Below are positions 35,356-49,689 of a stretch of 64,000 bases of DNA, piece by piece (positions within the stretch are counted from its first letter, which is position 1; each line of letters opens with the position of its first letter). Below the pieces are notes generated by a model. It searched no databases. It was not told where the DNA came from and saw only the letters and a program-made list of their open reading frames with translations. A program made the translations under genes and the position numbers. The DNA is from Batkoa obscura (Eukaryota), in contig JASVEC010000001.1 in assembly GCA_030770535.1 (NCBI GenBank), positions 2,046,001-2,110,000 of the forward strand, in the 5' to 3' direction.

Positions 35356-38106
35356 ATGAATCGATATGAGATAAAAAAACAAATCAATTCTGGGGCATTT
35401 GGTTCTGTGTTTGAAGCTGTGGATAAAGAAAACAATAATAAGGTAAGTATTAATAGTTGATGATTACAATCTTCATAAATAATTATACTAACTTGTATAT
35501 TTCTTAGGTAGCTATCAAAAAAGTTCATAAAAAATTTTATGAATTAAATCAAAAAAAGAAAAATCGAGAAGTTAAAGTAATTACATAACAACTCTTTATA
35601 ACCTACAAAAATATTAATATTAATATTAATCTTAATCTTAATCATTAGGCTTTAAATGTATTATCACATCCTAATATAATAACCTTAATGGACTTTGTAC
35701 AAAAGGGAAATGGGTTATATTTCGTATTTGAATTAATGGATTATAACTTATATGAAGTTATTGCTAACCGTAGAGGAGCTCCATTTCCTTTATCATTAAT
35801 TCAATTTATATTGTAACTAATATATATTATTTCATAATAATACAATACTGATAACTTAATATTTATATAGAAAAGAGACTTTGATAGGTTTAAATTATTT
35901 ACATAACTCTGGATTTTTTCATCGAGATATTAAACCAGAGAATATATTAGTATCTGGAAATAAAGTTAAAATAGCTGATTTCGGATTAGTTAGGGAATTA
36001 AATTCAGGTTCAAAGAGATTATCAAAATATGTTAGTACTAGTTGGTATCGAGCACCAGAAGTATTTTTTGGATCTCAAAGTTATGATTCATCAATAGACT
36101 TATGGGCCTTAGGTGCAATAGCTTCTGAATTAATGACATTAAAACCTTTATTTCCTGGGAAAAACGATAATGATCAAATATTTTTAATGTGTAATGTATT
36201 GGGTTCACCAACGGAATCTTTTTCTTTAGGTGGTAAATGGACACTTGGAATACAATTAGCTTCTATTCACGATATTCGATTTCCAAAAGTAGAAGAAGGA
36301 AGTTTAAAATCAATATTACAAGCATATACTTATTATGATACTGCTTGTCTACAATTTATTGTTAGTTTATTACAATATGATCCAAGTTTAAGACTTACTG
36401 CAGCAGAAGCATTAGATCATCCTTTTTTTAGTTTTACTTATAGTAATAATAATGATCAAAACGTTGATTTATCTATTTCTTATCCTTATTTTCCAAAAGA
36501 AATTACTCAAATTGATTTTTCTAATCATTCATTAGAATTACCTAATATCAATGGCAACGGTACTATTTCTCCTTTTATTAATGGCTTTATGTCATCTTCA
36601 GAAGAGGATTTAGAAGAGGAAGAGATTATTATTAATAATGAAATTAATCAACAAATAGAATTAGAAGATAATTTTAATTTATCTTATTCAAGTGATAAAT
36701 TAAGTGATCCACATTCTATTATTTATAATACAAATAATAATGAATCTTCTACATTATCTATGTGTTTTGATTATCCACAGAATGAAACGTCTTCTTTTTG
36801 TTCCTTAAATAATTTACCGAATTTAAATCAAAATCAAAATCAAAATCAAAATCAATCTAATAATGATCAAGTAGATGAAGAAGATGTTAATAATAATCAT
36901 AAACCAGTACCATTTTATCTACAAAAGAAAGAATTTCAATTATTCGCTCCACCACCTAAATTTTATTATAATGAAATGGAAATGAAAAGATTAAGTATAA
37001 ATAGTAAGAGAATTAGTAATAATAGTAGTAATAAAAGGAGAGCCTCTGAAATTTACTTTAACTTTGATAAACATAATCAAACCCATGATACTTTTGATAT
37101 GACAAATAATTCTACTACTTGTAATTATAATCGACGTCACTCTTTATATGATATTTTAGATTCTTCAGAATTAGCTACATTTCCAATCTCATTATCAAAT
37201 AATGAACCTAAGATGGTAGATAGTAGTACTTCTCCAATAAAATCCCCACTTCGATTAAAAGAACATAATAAGAGAGAAAAGAATCATTTTCGTAAACCAA
37301 GTAAACTTGTTTCAGGTTTAAGAAGAATGTCTAATATTTTATCAAAAGAATTTATCAATATAAAAAAAGGAAGTAGTAGTGGAATTTATAGTAATAGTAA
37401 TAGTAGTAATAATAGTAATACTCGACAACATAAAAGAGGACTAAGTTTAACTATTGGTAATAAGGAAATGTCTTCTTCTACTACTGCTTCTTCATTAAGT
37501 CCAAATATCAATGGAAATTATTATAAAGATAATGAATTTCAACAATTTATTGAAAATACATTTAGTGATATAGCAAATGATACTACAATTAATAGATTAT
37601 CAAGTTCTTGGGATCAATTTGAAACACATTCTGATTATTTAAGTATGAATAATTATAATAATTATCAATATAAAACTAATTTAAGTTTAACTAATAGTCA
37701 AACTACAAGTCGAAAAAATAGCAATAAAAAATTGAATCGTAAATTAAGTTTTAAAATTAAATCAATGAGTCCAAAGAGTCCTAATAATAATTCAGCATTA
37801 GCTTTTAATTTAACTTCCAATTATACAAAAGAACTTGATCGAAATAACAATTCAAATGATAAATTTTTTGTAACTTATTCACATCCAGCTACTCCCAATA
37901 AAATTAAACTTAAAAACCAATTAAACTTAAATCATAGTTATGATAGTACTAGTACTACAACAAATCATAATAATAATAATAATACTTTGGGATACAAAGG
38001 GAGTATTAAAAAGGAAAATATTAACAATGATAAAAAGAGAAAGGAATCGATTAATGGGTTATTTAATAGAATTAAATTATTTTTTAATTCAAAGAAAGTT
38101 AGTTAG
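35356..38106 (+). CDS. MAK/Ime2-like CMGC protein kinase, 4 exons, long N/S-rich tail
   Basis: Spliced 5' exons MNRYEIKKQINSGAFGSV|VAIKK..REVK|..HPNII..LYFVFELMD, then FFHRDIKPEN, DFG, YVSTSWYRAPE. Confidence 0.85.
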
Positions 38107-38599
38107 ATATAATATTTAATTAATAATCCGATATTTTATTTCTCTTGATTGTTTAATAAGTCATATACCTTTCCCCTTTCCTCTTATTTTCTAACCTCGA
38201 TTTAACTTTTTCTTCTCTTCTAACTTCTTTTTCAGCTTCGGCTTATCTTTTTTCTTCCCTAAATTTAACCTCTCTTCTTCTCTTATTTTTTTAAAGGTAG
38301 AGCCTTCTAGTTGTTTAGTTTATAATAAACTTTGTAATAAATTAAAATGTAATATTCTAAATTAAATTGAATAATTCTAATGATACCCTTAAATTATCTT
38401 ACTTTTTTTAATATTAAGTTTAACTTTAATAAATGTTATAAGTGATTATAAATGATAGTTTAATAGTGATAAAGTTAAATATTAATTAAATAATTAAATA
38501 ATTAAATAATTAAATCTTGAGTCTATTTATATTAGTTGAAACAATGACTTTATAAAATTTCATAATACTATAATCCAAGAGTAAGGAATGAATAATACG

Positions 38600-38740
38600 A
38601 TAGAAATGCATTTAATAATTCTAATTATTGTTATTTATAAGCAGCATAATAGAAACGCATTTAATAAAGAATTATATTATTATTGTCTATGAGTATCATA
38701 ATAAAAATGCATTAATAAATTATACTATTATTATCTTTGG
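38600..38740. repeat. Minisatellite, 3 x ~50 bp
   Basis: ata(g/a)aaa(t/c)gcatt(t)aataa... units start at 38600, 38649 and 38701. Confidence 0.7.
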
Positions 38741-38882
38741 AAATAAATTCTCAATTTCACATAAACCCACCCTATTCTAAATAAAAACTAGAACATTCCT
38801 ATTTTTTAAAGTTCATAAACATTTTAAAAATAATATAAAACATAACAATTATAAATAAATAAAGCTTTTATTAGTATTATAA

Positions 38883-40978
38883 TTAAACCAATGTAAACCC
38901 TATTGATTCATTAATTGAATAAATCAACTTTTGTTTAAAATGATTATAATTTAAATATTTTGGTAAACATAATTGATTAAAACAAGTATGAGCTATGGGT
39001 AATCTAAAATAAAAAATATTATAAATAGATAAGTATAACATTAACAATAAGCAAATAAAATAAAATAAAATAAAATAAAATAAAATAATAATATAAAATT
39101 ATAAACTTACAATCTCACATCATCACTCAAATAAGAAATTTTAAACTTAAAATTCGTTACTCCATTTAAAGGTAACCTCTCTGAACCGGTAATAAATTGT
39201 ATTAATTTCTTTAACTCTTTTTCATTAAATTCATCAAGGATCTGCCAAAATAATCTAATAACTGTAAATCATTCTTATTATTATAAATATAATTATAGAT
39301 ATCTTACTTAATAGTTATATCCTCTACTATATATCCATCATAATCTGTTACAGCCATCAACTCCTCTAGGTTTATTGGGGAAGGATTACCACAAATTAAT
39401 AATTCAATTTCTAAAGGTTGAAATAACTTGTATATGTTTAATTTTTATACTTATAAATAGTTACTATTATTATTATTATTACTAACTTACTGATAATGCA
39501 TTGCCTCCACAAACTTTATAAAATCCTTTTTTAAATTTCAAAAATTGAGATTCAATTGATTTATTAAATATATAATCAATATATTTAGTTACGTATTCTA
39601 ATAAATAATATTAATATTAATATATTATATTATATTATATTATATTATATTATATATCTTATAATATAATATACTATTATTACTAATTACCATTTTTATT
39701 TTTTTGATTGACCATTATATTTTCTCCATTTTCAACTAAATTAACTGTTATTATTTTACCATATCTTTTATAACAATAAGTAAAATCTAAATTAAATATA
39801 TCTTCTATATCATCTTCATTATAATTTAATAATTTTTCTAAATTATTAGCAATTAACTAGAATAATATAATTAGTAAATAAAATATTCTATTATAATAAT
39901 AACAATTCAAACAGTTGGTTTATTGCTTATTGTTATTATTATTGTTATAATAATAATACTTTCTTACCGGTTGATAACATTTTAAATCTAATAAATCTAA
40001 TTCAATATTGAATAATTTTTTAAATAAAGCAGTTGGTAATTGTAAATTTAATATTGTAGAATTATAAATAGCTAATCCGACAATCTAAAATAAAAATAAT
40101 TTATATTATTTAATATTATTTAATATTATTTAATAAATATTAATTTACCACTCCAAATAAAAAATAATTTTGTTCATTTTCTAAACAATTCATATTAAAC
40201 CAAAAATATTGACTTGTTTTTTCATAATAAAACAATCCTAATTAAAATCAAAAATTAATAAATGTATATAATTATTATATATTATTATATATTATTATAT
40301 ATTATTATATATTATTTTTCTTACCATATTTTGGATTCATTAATTCATTAATCAATAACATAAACCATTCTTTAGTTAAACCACCTGCATCAATTCCATC
40401 TTCGCCAATAAACTTAATTGTTAATTTCTTCTTTAAATCTTTACTATGTTTAGATAACTAAATAAATTAATAATTAATAATTAATTAATATTAAAATTAA
40501 TTTACTTGATTTAACGAATCTTCAATTAAATATTCCCTTCTTATTTTTAAACAAAGAAATGGAGTGCTCGCTTGATTTTGAAATAATATGGAATGAATTA
40601 CTTGCTAATTAAAAATATACTTCTTTATCATTGTTGTCATTGTAATTGTTTAATTACCTTCAACTTTTCTTTCATCTGCCTAATAGCATCTAATTCTAAT
40701 ATTAATACTTTTGATCCCATACTAATTAAAAAAGGGTATTGACAGAAAGAAAAAGAACTATAAAAAATAAATAAAATAAATAATCAAGTAATATAAAAAT
40801 GAATATCAAATAATAAATCTTTGTCAATATTAATAATTATAATAAATATTAAATTACCTATTTCTATTTCTCCAATTATCATAATCTAATGAGAGATCTA
40901 AAAAATCCACAGTACTGTTATAAAATGTAGATAATGGTAATAATTTATTAATATTATTAATTGAAACTAAAATTAAAA

Positions 40979-41030
<52 letters not shown>

Positions 41031-42581
41031 TATATTATATTATATTATATTATATTATATTATATTATATTATTATTATATCATATTATTATATCATATT
41101 TTTAATATATATATATATATATATATATTATTACTATTTACTTACATAATAAACCCATAACTCTAGCAGCTGAAATAATTCTCCAATCAAATTGATAACT
41201 ATTATTTTTCAACATTAATCGTTGATTAATTGTTAAATATTCTTCATTTTCATTTGTTTTTAACAAATAAGTTATATATTTATTACTTAATTCAATGATA
41301 TATTTTAATTGAAGTTTATTACAGCTATAGAATAATAAATAAAATAAGTTAATATATTAATAATAAATATAAAATAAGTACAATACATTATATGTTGCTT
41401 ATTATTTAGATATAATATATAGTAATATATTATACTTACTTTAATATCCAATAAACTAAATAATTGTGTAAATTATCATTTAAATTACAAATTAATCCCA
41501 TAATTCGTGTTATTATTTCAATTGTTCTTTGATTATTTTTATCTTCTTTTATATTTGTACTGAATTCACTTAACTTTGGATTCTATTTATAAATGATTAA
41601 TTATATAAATAATAATAAATATCATGATTGAAAATAGTATAATATAATATATAATAATTAATTACTAATAATAATATCAATAGCCATTTAATATCTCTTT
41701 TACGCTTTAATGGCCTTAAAAATATGCATATAATTTAATAAACTTTTATATGAAAAATATACATTATTATTTCTTACTTACCTTCCAGGTCTTTTTAATA
41801 ATTTATTAATACAATCTAGTATTGTTTCCATTACTATTGTTGGCTAAAAAAAACAATTCCATTTAACTCTACTCCTTGATCAAATAATATTTCCTTATAA
41901 ACTTACCATTTCCTTAATAATCAATCTATACCCTTCTTCCACATCAAAAAAATTAATTCCACTTTCTCGTTTTGTTGATGTTTTTCTCTATAAAACAATT
42001 ATAAAAATAAACAAACAACATAAAAGTAAAATGATCAACTCACATTATTAAAAGCCAATGATAATTGATCCAAATTTAAAAAATTAAATTTGATATAATC
42101 TTTAATAAAATCAACCATTTCCTCCTCTTCAATTTCCTCCTTTTGTCTCAAATTATCCATCAATAACTGTATATTCCTTACACTTAACCCATTTTTTAAA
42201 TTTAATTTATTCATTGATTCTATACATTGTGATTAACTAGTTTCTTTTATTAATAAGTTGAAATATTAAAAGTTTACCTATTATTCTATCGTTATATTTG
42301 GTTAAATCTAATTGGGGAGTATTTAATTTAATTATTGTCAAATCATTCACAGTATAACATAAACAACATGTAAAACTTGACTTATTGGAATTCTTGAGTT
42401 TTCTATAAATATTATTGTTATTATATAAATTATTAATTTTTTTTCAAAAAATGCTTTACCCATTACAACATAAACAATATAAATATGTCTAGTTAAATAT
42501 AAATTTTCTATTAATTTATAATTTATTACTGATATATTCATTAATAATTACTTTTTCTTCCATTTCATTATTCTCTTTCAT
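38883..42581 (-). CDS. HECT E3 ubiquitin ligase, Hul4/HECTD2-like, many introns
   Basis: [50 protein letters not shown] (catalytic Cys), GFTLV*. N-terminal CLCC..CCLC motifs. Start approximate. Confidence 0.85.
40980..41130. repeat. Compound (ATT)n/(TATAT)n/(TA)n microsatellite in a HECT intron
   Basis: Read directly. Confidence 0.9.
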
Positions 42582-42915
42582 TTGAAATATTTAAAAAAAT
42601 TAAATTATTTTGACTCAAAATGCTTGATCTTTAATAAAATAATCCCTATTTAATTTTACACCACCATCATTTAATCAATAATATAAAACTAATCAAGAAA
42701 CAAAATCAAATATGAAATATAAACATTTATAATACAATATATTAGATTAATAATAAAATATATACTACTATCTATAACCTTCGATTTATTAATATAACTC
42801 AATTCCAATATAAAAAACTCATTCAAAGTGACGTCACCCTCTCTATTAAAATAAGAACAAATTATCTATTTTAATAATTTTTTATTTACAAAACATAATA
42901 AAGCAATACATTAAA

Positions 42916-43638
42916 ATGCTATTAAAACGAAGTTTATCGTTCAATATAACAAAAGTTAATAAATTTGTCTATAATATTTCACCTCTAAGATCGAGCTTAT
43001 TATTTAAGTCTTTGCCCACCGTTTCAAAAATTTTATCACTACATTCCTATTCAACTCAGCCTACTCATCTTACTAAACCACCAACACCATCGTCCCCTCA
43101 GCCCTCCTCCTCTTCCCCAATGAAAAAAAATTATCGATATTATTATGATCAATTTAAACAAAAGCCTGGTCATTACCTGTTCACTTTTCTTTTATTACAT
43201 GAATTAACTGCCATTTTACCTATTATTATTATTTATCTCCTATTCCAAATGAATAATATCAATGCTAAAGATTTTTTATTCTATTTTAATCAAGAATTGA
43301 TCTTATCAGTAGAAAAGAAGGCGTTCTACGTTTTGAAAAAATATTTGGGAATGAATTTTGATAATCAAATGATCGAAGGAATTAACAATGACATTAATCA
43401 AACTTATAATAAGAATGATAATAAGAATATTAATATCAATGACGATGATTCTATTACTCCCATTACTACTTCTACCACTACTAATTTAGCTTCTTTTTAT
43501 AATTTATTATTCGCTTATACTTTAGTTAAATTTTTAGCTCCATTAAGATTACTATTGTCAGCTACATTAACCCCTTATTGTTCCAAAAAAATGATTGAAC
43601 CTAGTTTCAATAGAATGAAAAAGTTATTAAAGAAATAA
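42916..43638 (+). CDS. MRX11: Mitochondrial membrane protein, Mrx11/DUF1279-like
   Basis: Basic, Ser-rich presequence; FLLLHELTAILP; AYTLVKFLAPLRL. Confidence 0.7.
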   Translation: MLLKRSLSFNITKVNKFVYNISPLRSSLLFKSLPTVSKILSLHSYSTQPTHLTKPPTPSSPQPSSSSPMKKNYRYYYDQFKQKPGHYLFTFLLLHELTAILPIIIIYLLFQMNNINAKDFLFYFNQELILSVEKKAFYVLKKYLGMNFDNQMIEGINNDINQTYNKNDNKNININDDDSITPITTSTTTNLASFYNLLFAYTLVKFLAPLRLLLSATLTPYCSKKMIEPSFNRMKKLLKK

Positions 43639-44307
43639 TCAAATATAACAAATATGTTTTAATTTCTTTTACAAATAATATGGGGCTTGATTGCCAGTTT
43701 TTAAAGTCCTTGTTTTTTTTAATTAAAAAGTTAGGATAGAAAGCTGATATGCGGGTGTGACTTTAAATAAAACAACCTAAAATTTATTAAATAGATTGAT
43801 TTATAATAATGTTCTGGATTTTAGAAACTTTATATAATAATTGGAACTCATGTTATTTTGTTATTATTATTTAATTGGAATTATGTTCTTTTTTAGATAT
43901 CAATAAGGAGAGGGAGTTCATGAGTACAAATAAATAAATAAATAAATAAATAAATAGTATATGTAAAATTTATTTAAACTATTAAGTTTTCTTAAATTTT
44001 TATTATAAATATCTTAATTTTATTAATCAACATAAAACTTGAATAAATTCCTTACCTAATCTTAAACTTAAACCTTCCAAATTTTCAACAGCCTCAAAAA
44101 GGTCAACTCACAATTCAAAGAATTGATGAAGGTGACATCACCCTTAAAATATTATTACCAATCATTAAAACTTCTTTAAAAATAAAACAGTAAAAACAGG
44201 AAATCTACCAATCTGCATTCAATCTTTCAATTCTTTTTAAAAAAAGATATAAATACAACCCCACATCAACAATTAATCAATTTTTTAAACTTCAAAAATA
44301 AATTAAG

Positions 44308-45741
44308 ATGAATACTATTCCTAAAAAACCAGCACGTCAATATGTTATACCAGCCAATGTATTAACTGTAGAACAATCTTCTTTACTTGCTAGTTTCGAA
44401 GCTAAATTCAATATATCTGAAACAGTATTAAAAAATTTGATACCCAAATTTCATTCTGAAATGGATCTAGGATTGCAAGGATTAGGTGTTAATCTACTTA
44501 TGGTACCCTCCTATGTTACTGCTCGTCCCACTGGTAATGAAACGGGTCATTATTTAGCCTTAGATTTTGGTGGTACCAATTGTCGAATTTGTTTAATTGA
44601 ATTACAAGGTAGTCAAGAAGTAAAATTAAATTATGATATATTTAAATTTAGTAATGAACAACTAAAAGAAGATGGAAGTATTTTATTTTCTACTATAGCT
44701 GATTTTATTCATCAATTTTTACAAAAACATATTCAAGATGGTACTATTCAAGCAGTTCATAAACCATTAAATTTAGGGTTTACTTTTTCATTTCCAGTTA
44801 ATATGACTTCGTTAAATGAAGGTAAATTAGTTCGTTGGACTAAAGGATTTGAAAATCCAGGGGTTGTTGGTAAAGAAGTTGTGAGTTTATTACAATCAGC
44901 ATTAGATTTAAAAAAAGTACCAATTACAGTTAATGCAGTTGTTAATGATACTGTAGGTACTTTAATTACATCATCTTATTCAAACCCAACAACTCAAATT
45001 GGACTTATTCTTGGCACTGGTACAAATGCAGCTTATTATGAAAAAATGGAAAATATTCCTAAGTTAAAAGGTAAATATAATGCATTTAAAGAAATGGCTA
45101 TCAATATGGAATGGGGAGCCTTTGATAATGATAAAAAAGTATTACCATTAAATGAATATGATGAAATTATTGATCAGAACACATGGAATCCAAATCAACA
45201 AATCTTTGAAAAAACAGTATCTGGCTTTTATTTAGGAGAAATCTTTCGTATTATTATAAAAGATTTGTATAGTAAAAAACAATTATTAAAGGGGTTTCAA
45301 TTACCTAAAGCATTTGATATTCATGGTGGTATTGATACAGCTATTTTATCTAAAATGTTAACAGATGAAACTAAACAATTAGATATAGTTCATAAAATAT
45401 TAAAAGAAGATCACCCAGAACAAATAATTCCATATAATGAATTGATTTTAATTCAAAAATTAGCAGAATTAATAGGTTATCGTGCAGCACAATTTGCAGC
45501 TACAGCATGTTCTGCAGTATTATTAAAGAGACCAGAATTATTAAAAAATAAAGTAATTATAGGTGTAGATGGATCTGTATTTGAACATTTTCCTAATTTC
45601 CCTGAATGGATGTATTCTACTTGTGATCAATTACTTAGTATTGATAATTGTAATAATGTTCAGTTTGCTATTACTAAAGATGGTTCTGGAGTGGGTGCTG
45701 CTCTTATTTCTATGATTGCTGAATATACTTCTAAATTATAA
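44308..45741 (+). CDS. HXK: Hexokinase
   Basis: ALDFGGTN, LGFTFSFP, VNDTVGT, ILGTGTNA, INMEWGAF, DGSGVGAA. Confidence 0.95.
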   Translation: MNTIPKKPARQYVIPANVLTVEQSSLLASFEAKFNISETVLKNLIPKFHSEMDLGLQGLGVNLLMVPSYVTARPTGNETGHYLALDFGGTNCRICLIELQGSQEVKLNYDIFKFSNEQLKEDGSILFSTIADFIHQFLQKHIQDGTIQAVHKPLNLGFTFSFPVNMTSLNEGKLVRWTKGFENPGVVGKEVVSLLQSALDLKKVPITVNAVVNDTVGTLITSSYSNPTTQIGLILGTGTNAAYYEKMENIPKLKGKYNAFKEMAINMEWGAFDNDKKVLPLNEYDEIIDQNTWNPNQQIFEKTVSGFYLGEIFRIIIKDLYSKKQLLKGFQLPKAFDIHGGIDTAILSKMLTDETKQLDIVHKILKEDHPEQIIPYNELILIQKLAELIGYRAAQFAATACSAVLLKRPELLKNKVIIGVDGSVFEHFPNFPEWMYSTCDQLLSIDNCNNVQFAITKDGSGVGAALISMIAEYTSKL

Positions 45742-45858
45742 ACTATTTTCTTAAGAAAGTATAATAAAGTATTAGTAAATCTACTTTTCTTTTAATAATA
45801 AAAATCTCAATTAAATTTTTTTTTTGCACAAATGTTTTATTTCTTATTCTTATTATTC

Positions 45859-47291
45859 TTATTTTAATAAAAAAGATCTTAATTCTAATTCAATAGCTAA
45901 GTTAGTAAAATTATTATAATCTTCAGAATTTAATGGAAGATTTAATATAAAATTAAATAAATCTAAAAATAAAAATGATAAATAAAATTATATAAATATA
46001 TAACAATAACCCATATTACCTTGTGAATAAAAAGCCTTAGACAATGCTGAATAAATTGAATTTTTAATCTCTTTTCCATTTAACATTTGTATTTTAATAA
46101 AAATAATCCAAAATAAATAAAAATTCTTATTTCGATTATTATTTAATAACAAATTCAAACAATTAATTGCTCGATGTTGATCATTACAATAATTAATTGC
46201 TATAAAAATAGAATAAAATCCATTGAAACAATTGAATTTTAAATATTGTTTTGTATTAAAATAATAATTTATAACGTTACAATTTAACTTAGTTTTATCT
46301 TCTAACTTCAAATAGATAGTATTAAAATAACTATTATTAGGATAAAATTTTAATATAAAATCTATTAATTTTCTATATTGTTTAATACTATAGTATTTTT
46401 CATTTAATTGTAATTGTTCTATTTGTTTAAAATAAACCATTCCTAAATTTTCTAATATTCTATTATTACCAAATATATTATTAATACTTTCCAAATTTCT
46501 TTCAATATAATTCATGTATTCATCCATCCCACCCTTAAAATACTTTAACATACTAATTAAATAACAATAATTACTAATTTGATCTATTTCTTTGGTCATA
46601 AATAGATTATATTCTCGTCCAATTAATTCTTGTATTAATTCTTCAATATCAATATTTGTTATTGATTTTATATAATTTTCATAATTTTCATTGAATTCGG
46701 GTACTAATTTATGTATATAACAATAAATAATAGTCAATATATGATTTGTATTATTTAAATCCCATTCTAATTTACACCAATATGAATAAATCATTGTAAT
46801 TGATCCTTTATAATGAGTTGGATTTTGATAATAATATTCTAATAATAATACAAATCGCTGTCTTACCTAAAATAAAATAAAACAATTAAATATATTTACT
46901 CTAAATTAAATTATTACTTTTTTATAATCTCCTTGTTTCCATAAATTATCGATATAAGCTAACCACATTAATATTTGATTACTATTTTCTTTTAATTGAG
47001 ATTTATAAATTGAGTTTATTTTTTCTTTTGTCCCAAATAATTCTTCTATTTTAAGATAAAGTATTATAAATAATAAATTACTTGGATCAATATCAAAACA
47101 TTTTAATAATACTCTTCTATAATAATAAAAATATTAATAAATAATAGTAGTTATTATTATTATTATTTAACTTACTTTGAAAACTTAAAATATTCCAAAT
47201 TATTTAATCTTGGATTAAACATTGATTTATTTGCGTCTAATAGTGTATAAAATGAATTAGGAATCACGTCAATTGGAATTTCTAATTTTTG

Positions 47292-47323
<32 letters not shown>

Positions 47324-49413
47324 CAATCACCCCATCAACATTTAACTGTATTTCAAAATTATCAAATTGTAATTTATTTAATATTTTATCCATATTAAAA
47401 AAATGATTTAATGAAATTGAATCATCATTTGATTGTAATTCATTAGTACATTTAATATTAAAAAAAGGACAAATTAATATTGTAACAAAATGTTGTAATA
47501 AATTATAAATTGTATTTGAACATTTAAATTGTATAATAAATCCTTCAATATCTTCAAATAATATTACTTTAAATGGATCTTCTTCTTTTTTCCATAATTC
47601 ATTCGTTGATCTTATTGGTAAATATAAATTACTATTTCCTTCTTCTTTCCCATAATTTGGTGTTATTTTTTCTTTAAAATACATTTTCCATCCGCCACTA
47701 CCTAAATCTCCTATTCGATTAAATTCTTTTTCCCAATATATTTTAAATAATTGTTTTTTATTGAAATTATTATTATAATTTGATAAATCTGGATTTAATA
47801 AATTATATTCAATAATTGTTTGATAAATTCCTATTACTAATTCATTATATCCTAAAATAAGTTGAATTATTAATATTTTATTTATTTTATAATAATTTTT
47901 TATTGAAATTACCTGCTTGTGTTAACATATTAGTTAATAAAATAATAGATTTAAAAACAATTGGATCAATTTTAATAAAATTATTATCATTTCTTAAACT
48001 TAATAATTGATTTAATTTTGATTGAAATAAAGTAATAATTTCATTAACATTGAATTGATTACTATAACTTAAACGAAATAATAAATAATGAAATATTAAT
48101 TCATATTGATTTTGAAATTGAATTAAATAATTTTCCCATTTACTTAATATTGTTGTTGAATCCCAAATTTCTTGTCCATATTTCATATACTTTAATATTA
48201 GTTGTTCATTCCCATAATTAAATTGTAATGCTCTTTCTAACATGGCTAATTGGATATCTAATACCATTCGTTTATTTTTGAAATCTTTTTTTAAATTCGT
48301 TTTTTCATAATATTCACAATACTCTAACCATAATGAAACATCTTTATTATTCTATATAAAATAAACAAATAAATAAATTATTATTATTATATTAATAATA
48401 GTTTATTTACCTTTGTCAATTTAGTTTCAAATTCTTTAATTTTATTTTTAATAGGATCATATTCTTCATTTTGTTTGTCAATTAATACTTCTTCATCTGG
48501 TTGAAATTTAATAAATCCATAGTCATAATCTAAAATAGTTTCATTCTTTTCCGTTGATTTTTTTAAACTAAATAAAATTAAGCATTTATAAAATATTATA
48601 ATATAATTGACTTACTTTCTAATATTAAACAAGTTTTTATTTTCATCAATTTTAATATTCATATATCGACTCATTTCCTAATAAAAATAATCGATATTAT
48701 TATGACACTAATTAAGTTACAATAATCAATTACCTTTTTACTCTTTTCTTTAAAAACAATGTTACCTTTAACCTTACTTTGAACTTCATCAATAAGCAAA
48801 TTTCTATCTAGGCCCAATATAAACCCTTCTAAATAATAAATTTAAACAATTTAAAACACTCAACAGCAATTGAACTTACTACCAAATCTTTTATAAGTGG
48901 GTATTTTATACTTATAAATACCACCATAAACTAAATTATCTTTATCTCCATGTAAATCAATACTACAATCATAATCTCTTGTTAACCTATTATTTAATAA
49001 TTTAATGTGAATTCTACTATTCCCCTAATTTCAACTTACTCTATTGGTAATTCTTCTTGATTTTTTTGCTTTATTCGTTTTTCAAATTTATCCTCAAATT
49101 TTCTTTCTCTTTCGCTATATCTACTATCTCTTTCCCTATCTCTTTCCCCTTGATTATATCTATTATTTCTTCCCCTATTCCTTTTTCTATCCTTTTCCCT
49201 TTCATCATATCTTCTATGCTTTTCCCTTTCATCATATCTTCTTTCTCTTTCCCTAATATCATATCTCTCCTCCCTCTCAATTTCTTTCCCCTTCTCCCTC
49301 TTTTTCTTTTTCTTATCCCTTTTAATTTCTTCTTCTCTTTCCCTTTCTTTTTCTTTAACTAAATTGACATTAAATGAATTAAATTTGGGCGCTCTTGGTC
49401 CTTCTTTTTCCAT
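45859..49413 (-). CDS. NRDE2: NRDE-2 (nuclear RNAi/splicing factor) homolog, multi-exon
   Basis: R/E/K-rich N-terminus; DLHGDKDNLVYG..IPTYKRFG; LERALQFN..LKYM; QAG|YNEL; YWEKEFNRIGD..GW; EDPFKVILFEDI. Confidence 0.82.
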
Positions 49414-49689
49414 TTGAAATATAAAATAGAAATTAAAACGTAATGAGTTTTTTAAAACTTAGTTTGCCACTTTGAAAACCATTTTGAATTAAAAGTCTTT
49501 CACAGTTTATTTTTTGCAGTTGAGAATTTGAAATTATTATATACAAAATAAATTAATAAAAAAATAAAATATTTAATATTAAAATAACAGTTAATTTTTA
49601 TAAAGCCCAATGAAAAAAAACATCAATTAAAAGATAAAAACTATTAAAAAAAAGACAAAATTTAGTAATAAACAATTTATTAATATTAC

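Noticed and set aside
40961..41149. Ile/Tyr-rich ORF
   Set aside because: Translation of an intronic microsatellite.
49044..49362. Phe-rich ORFs overlapping NRDE-2 exon 1
   Set aside because: Antisense or alternative frames of a purine-rich low-complexity exon.
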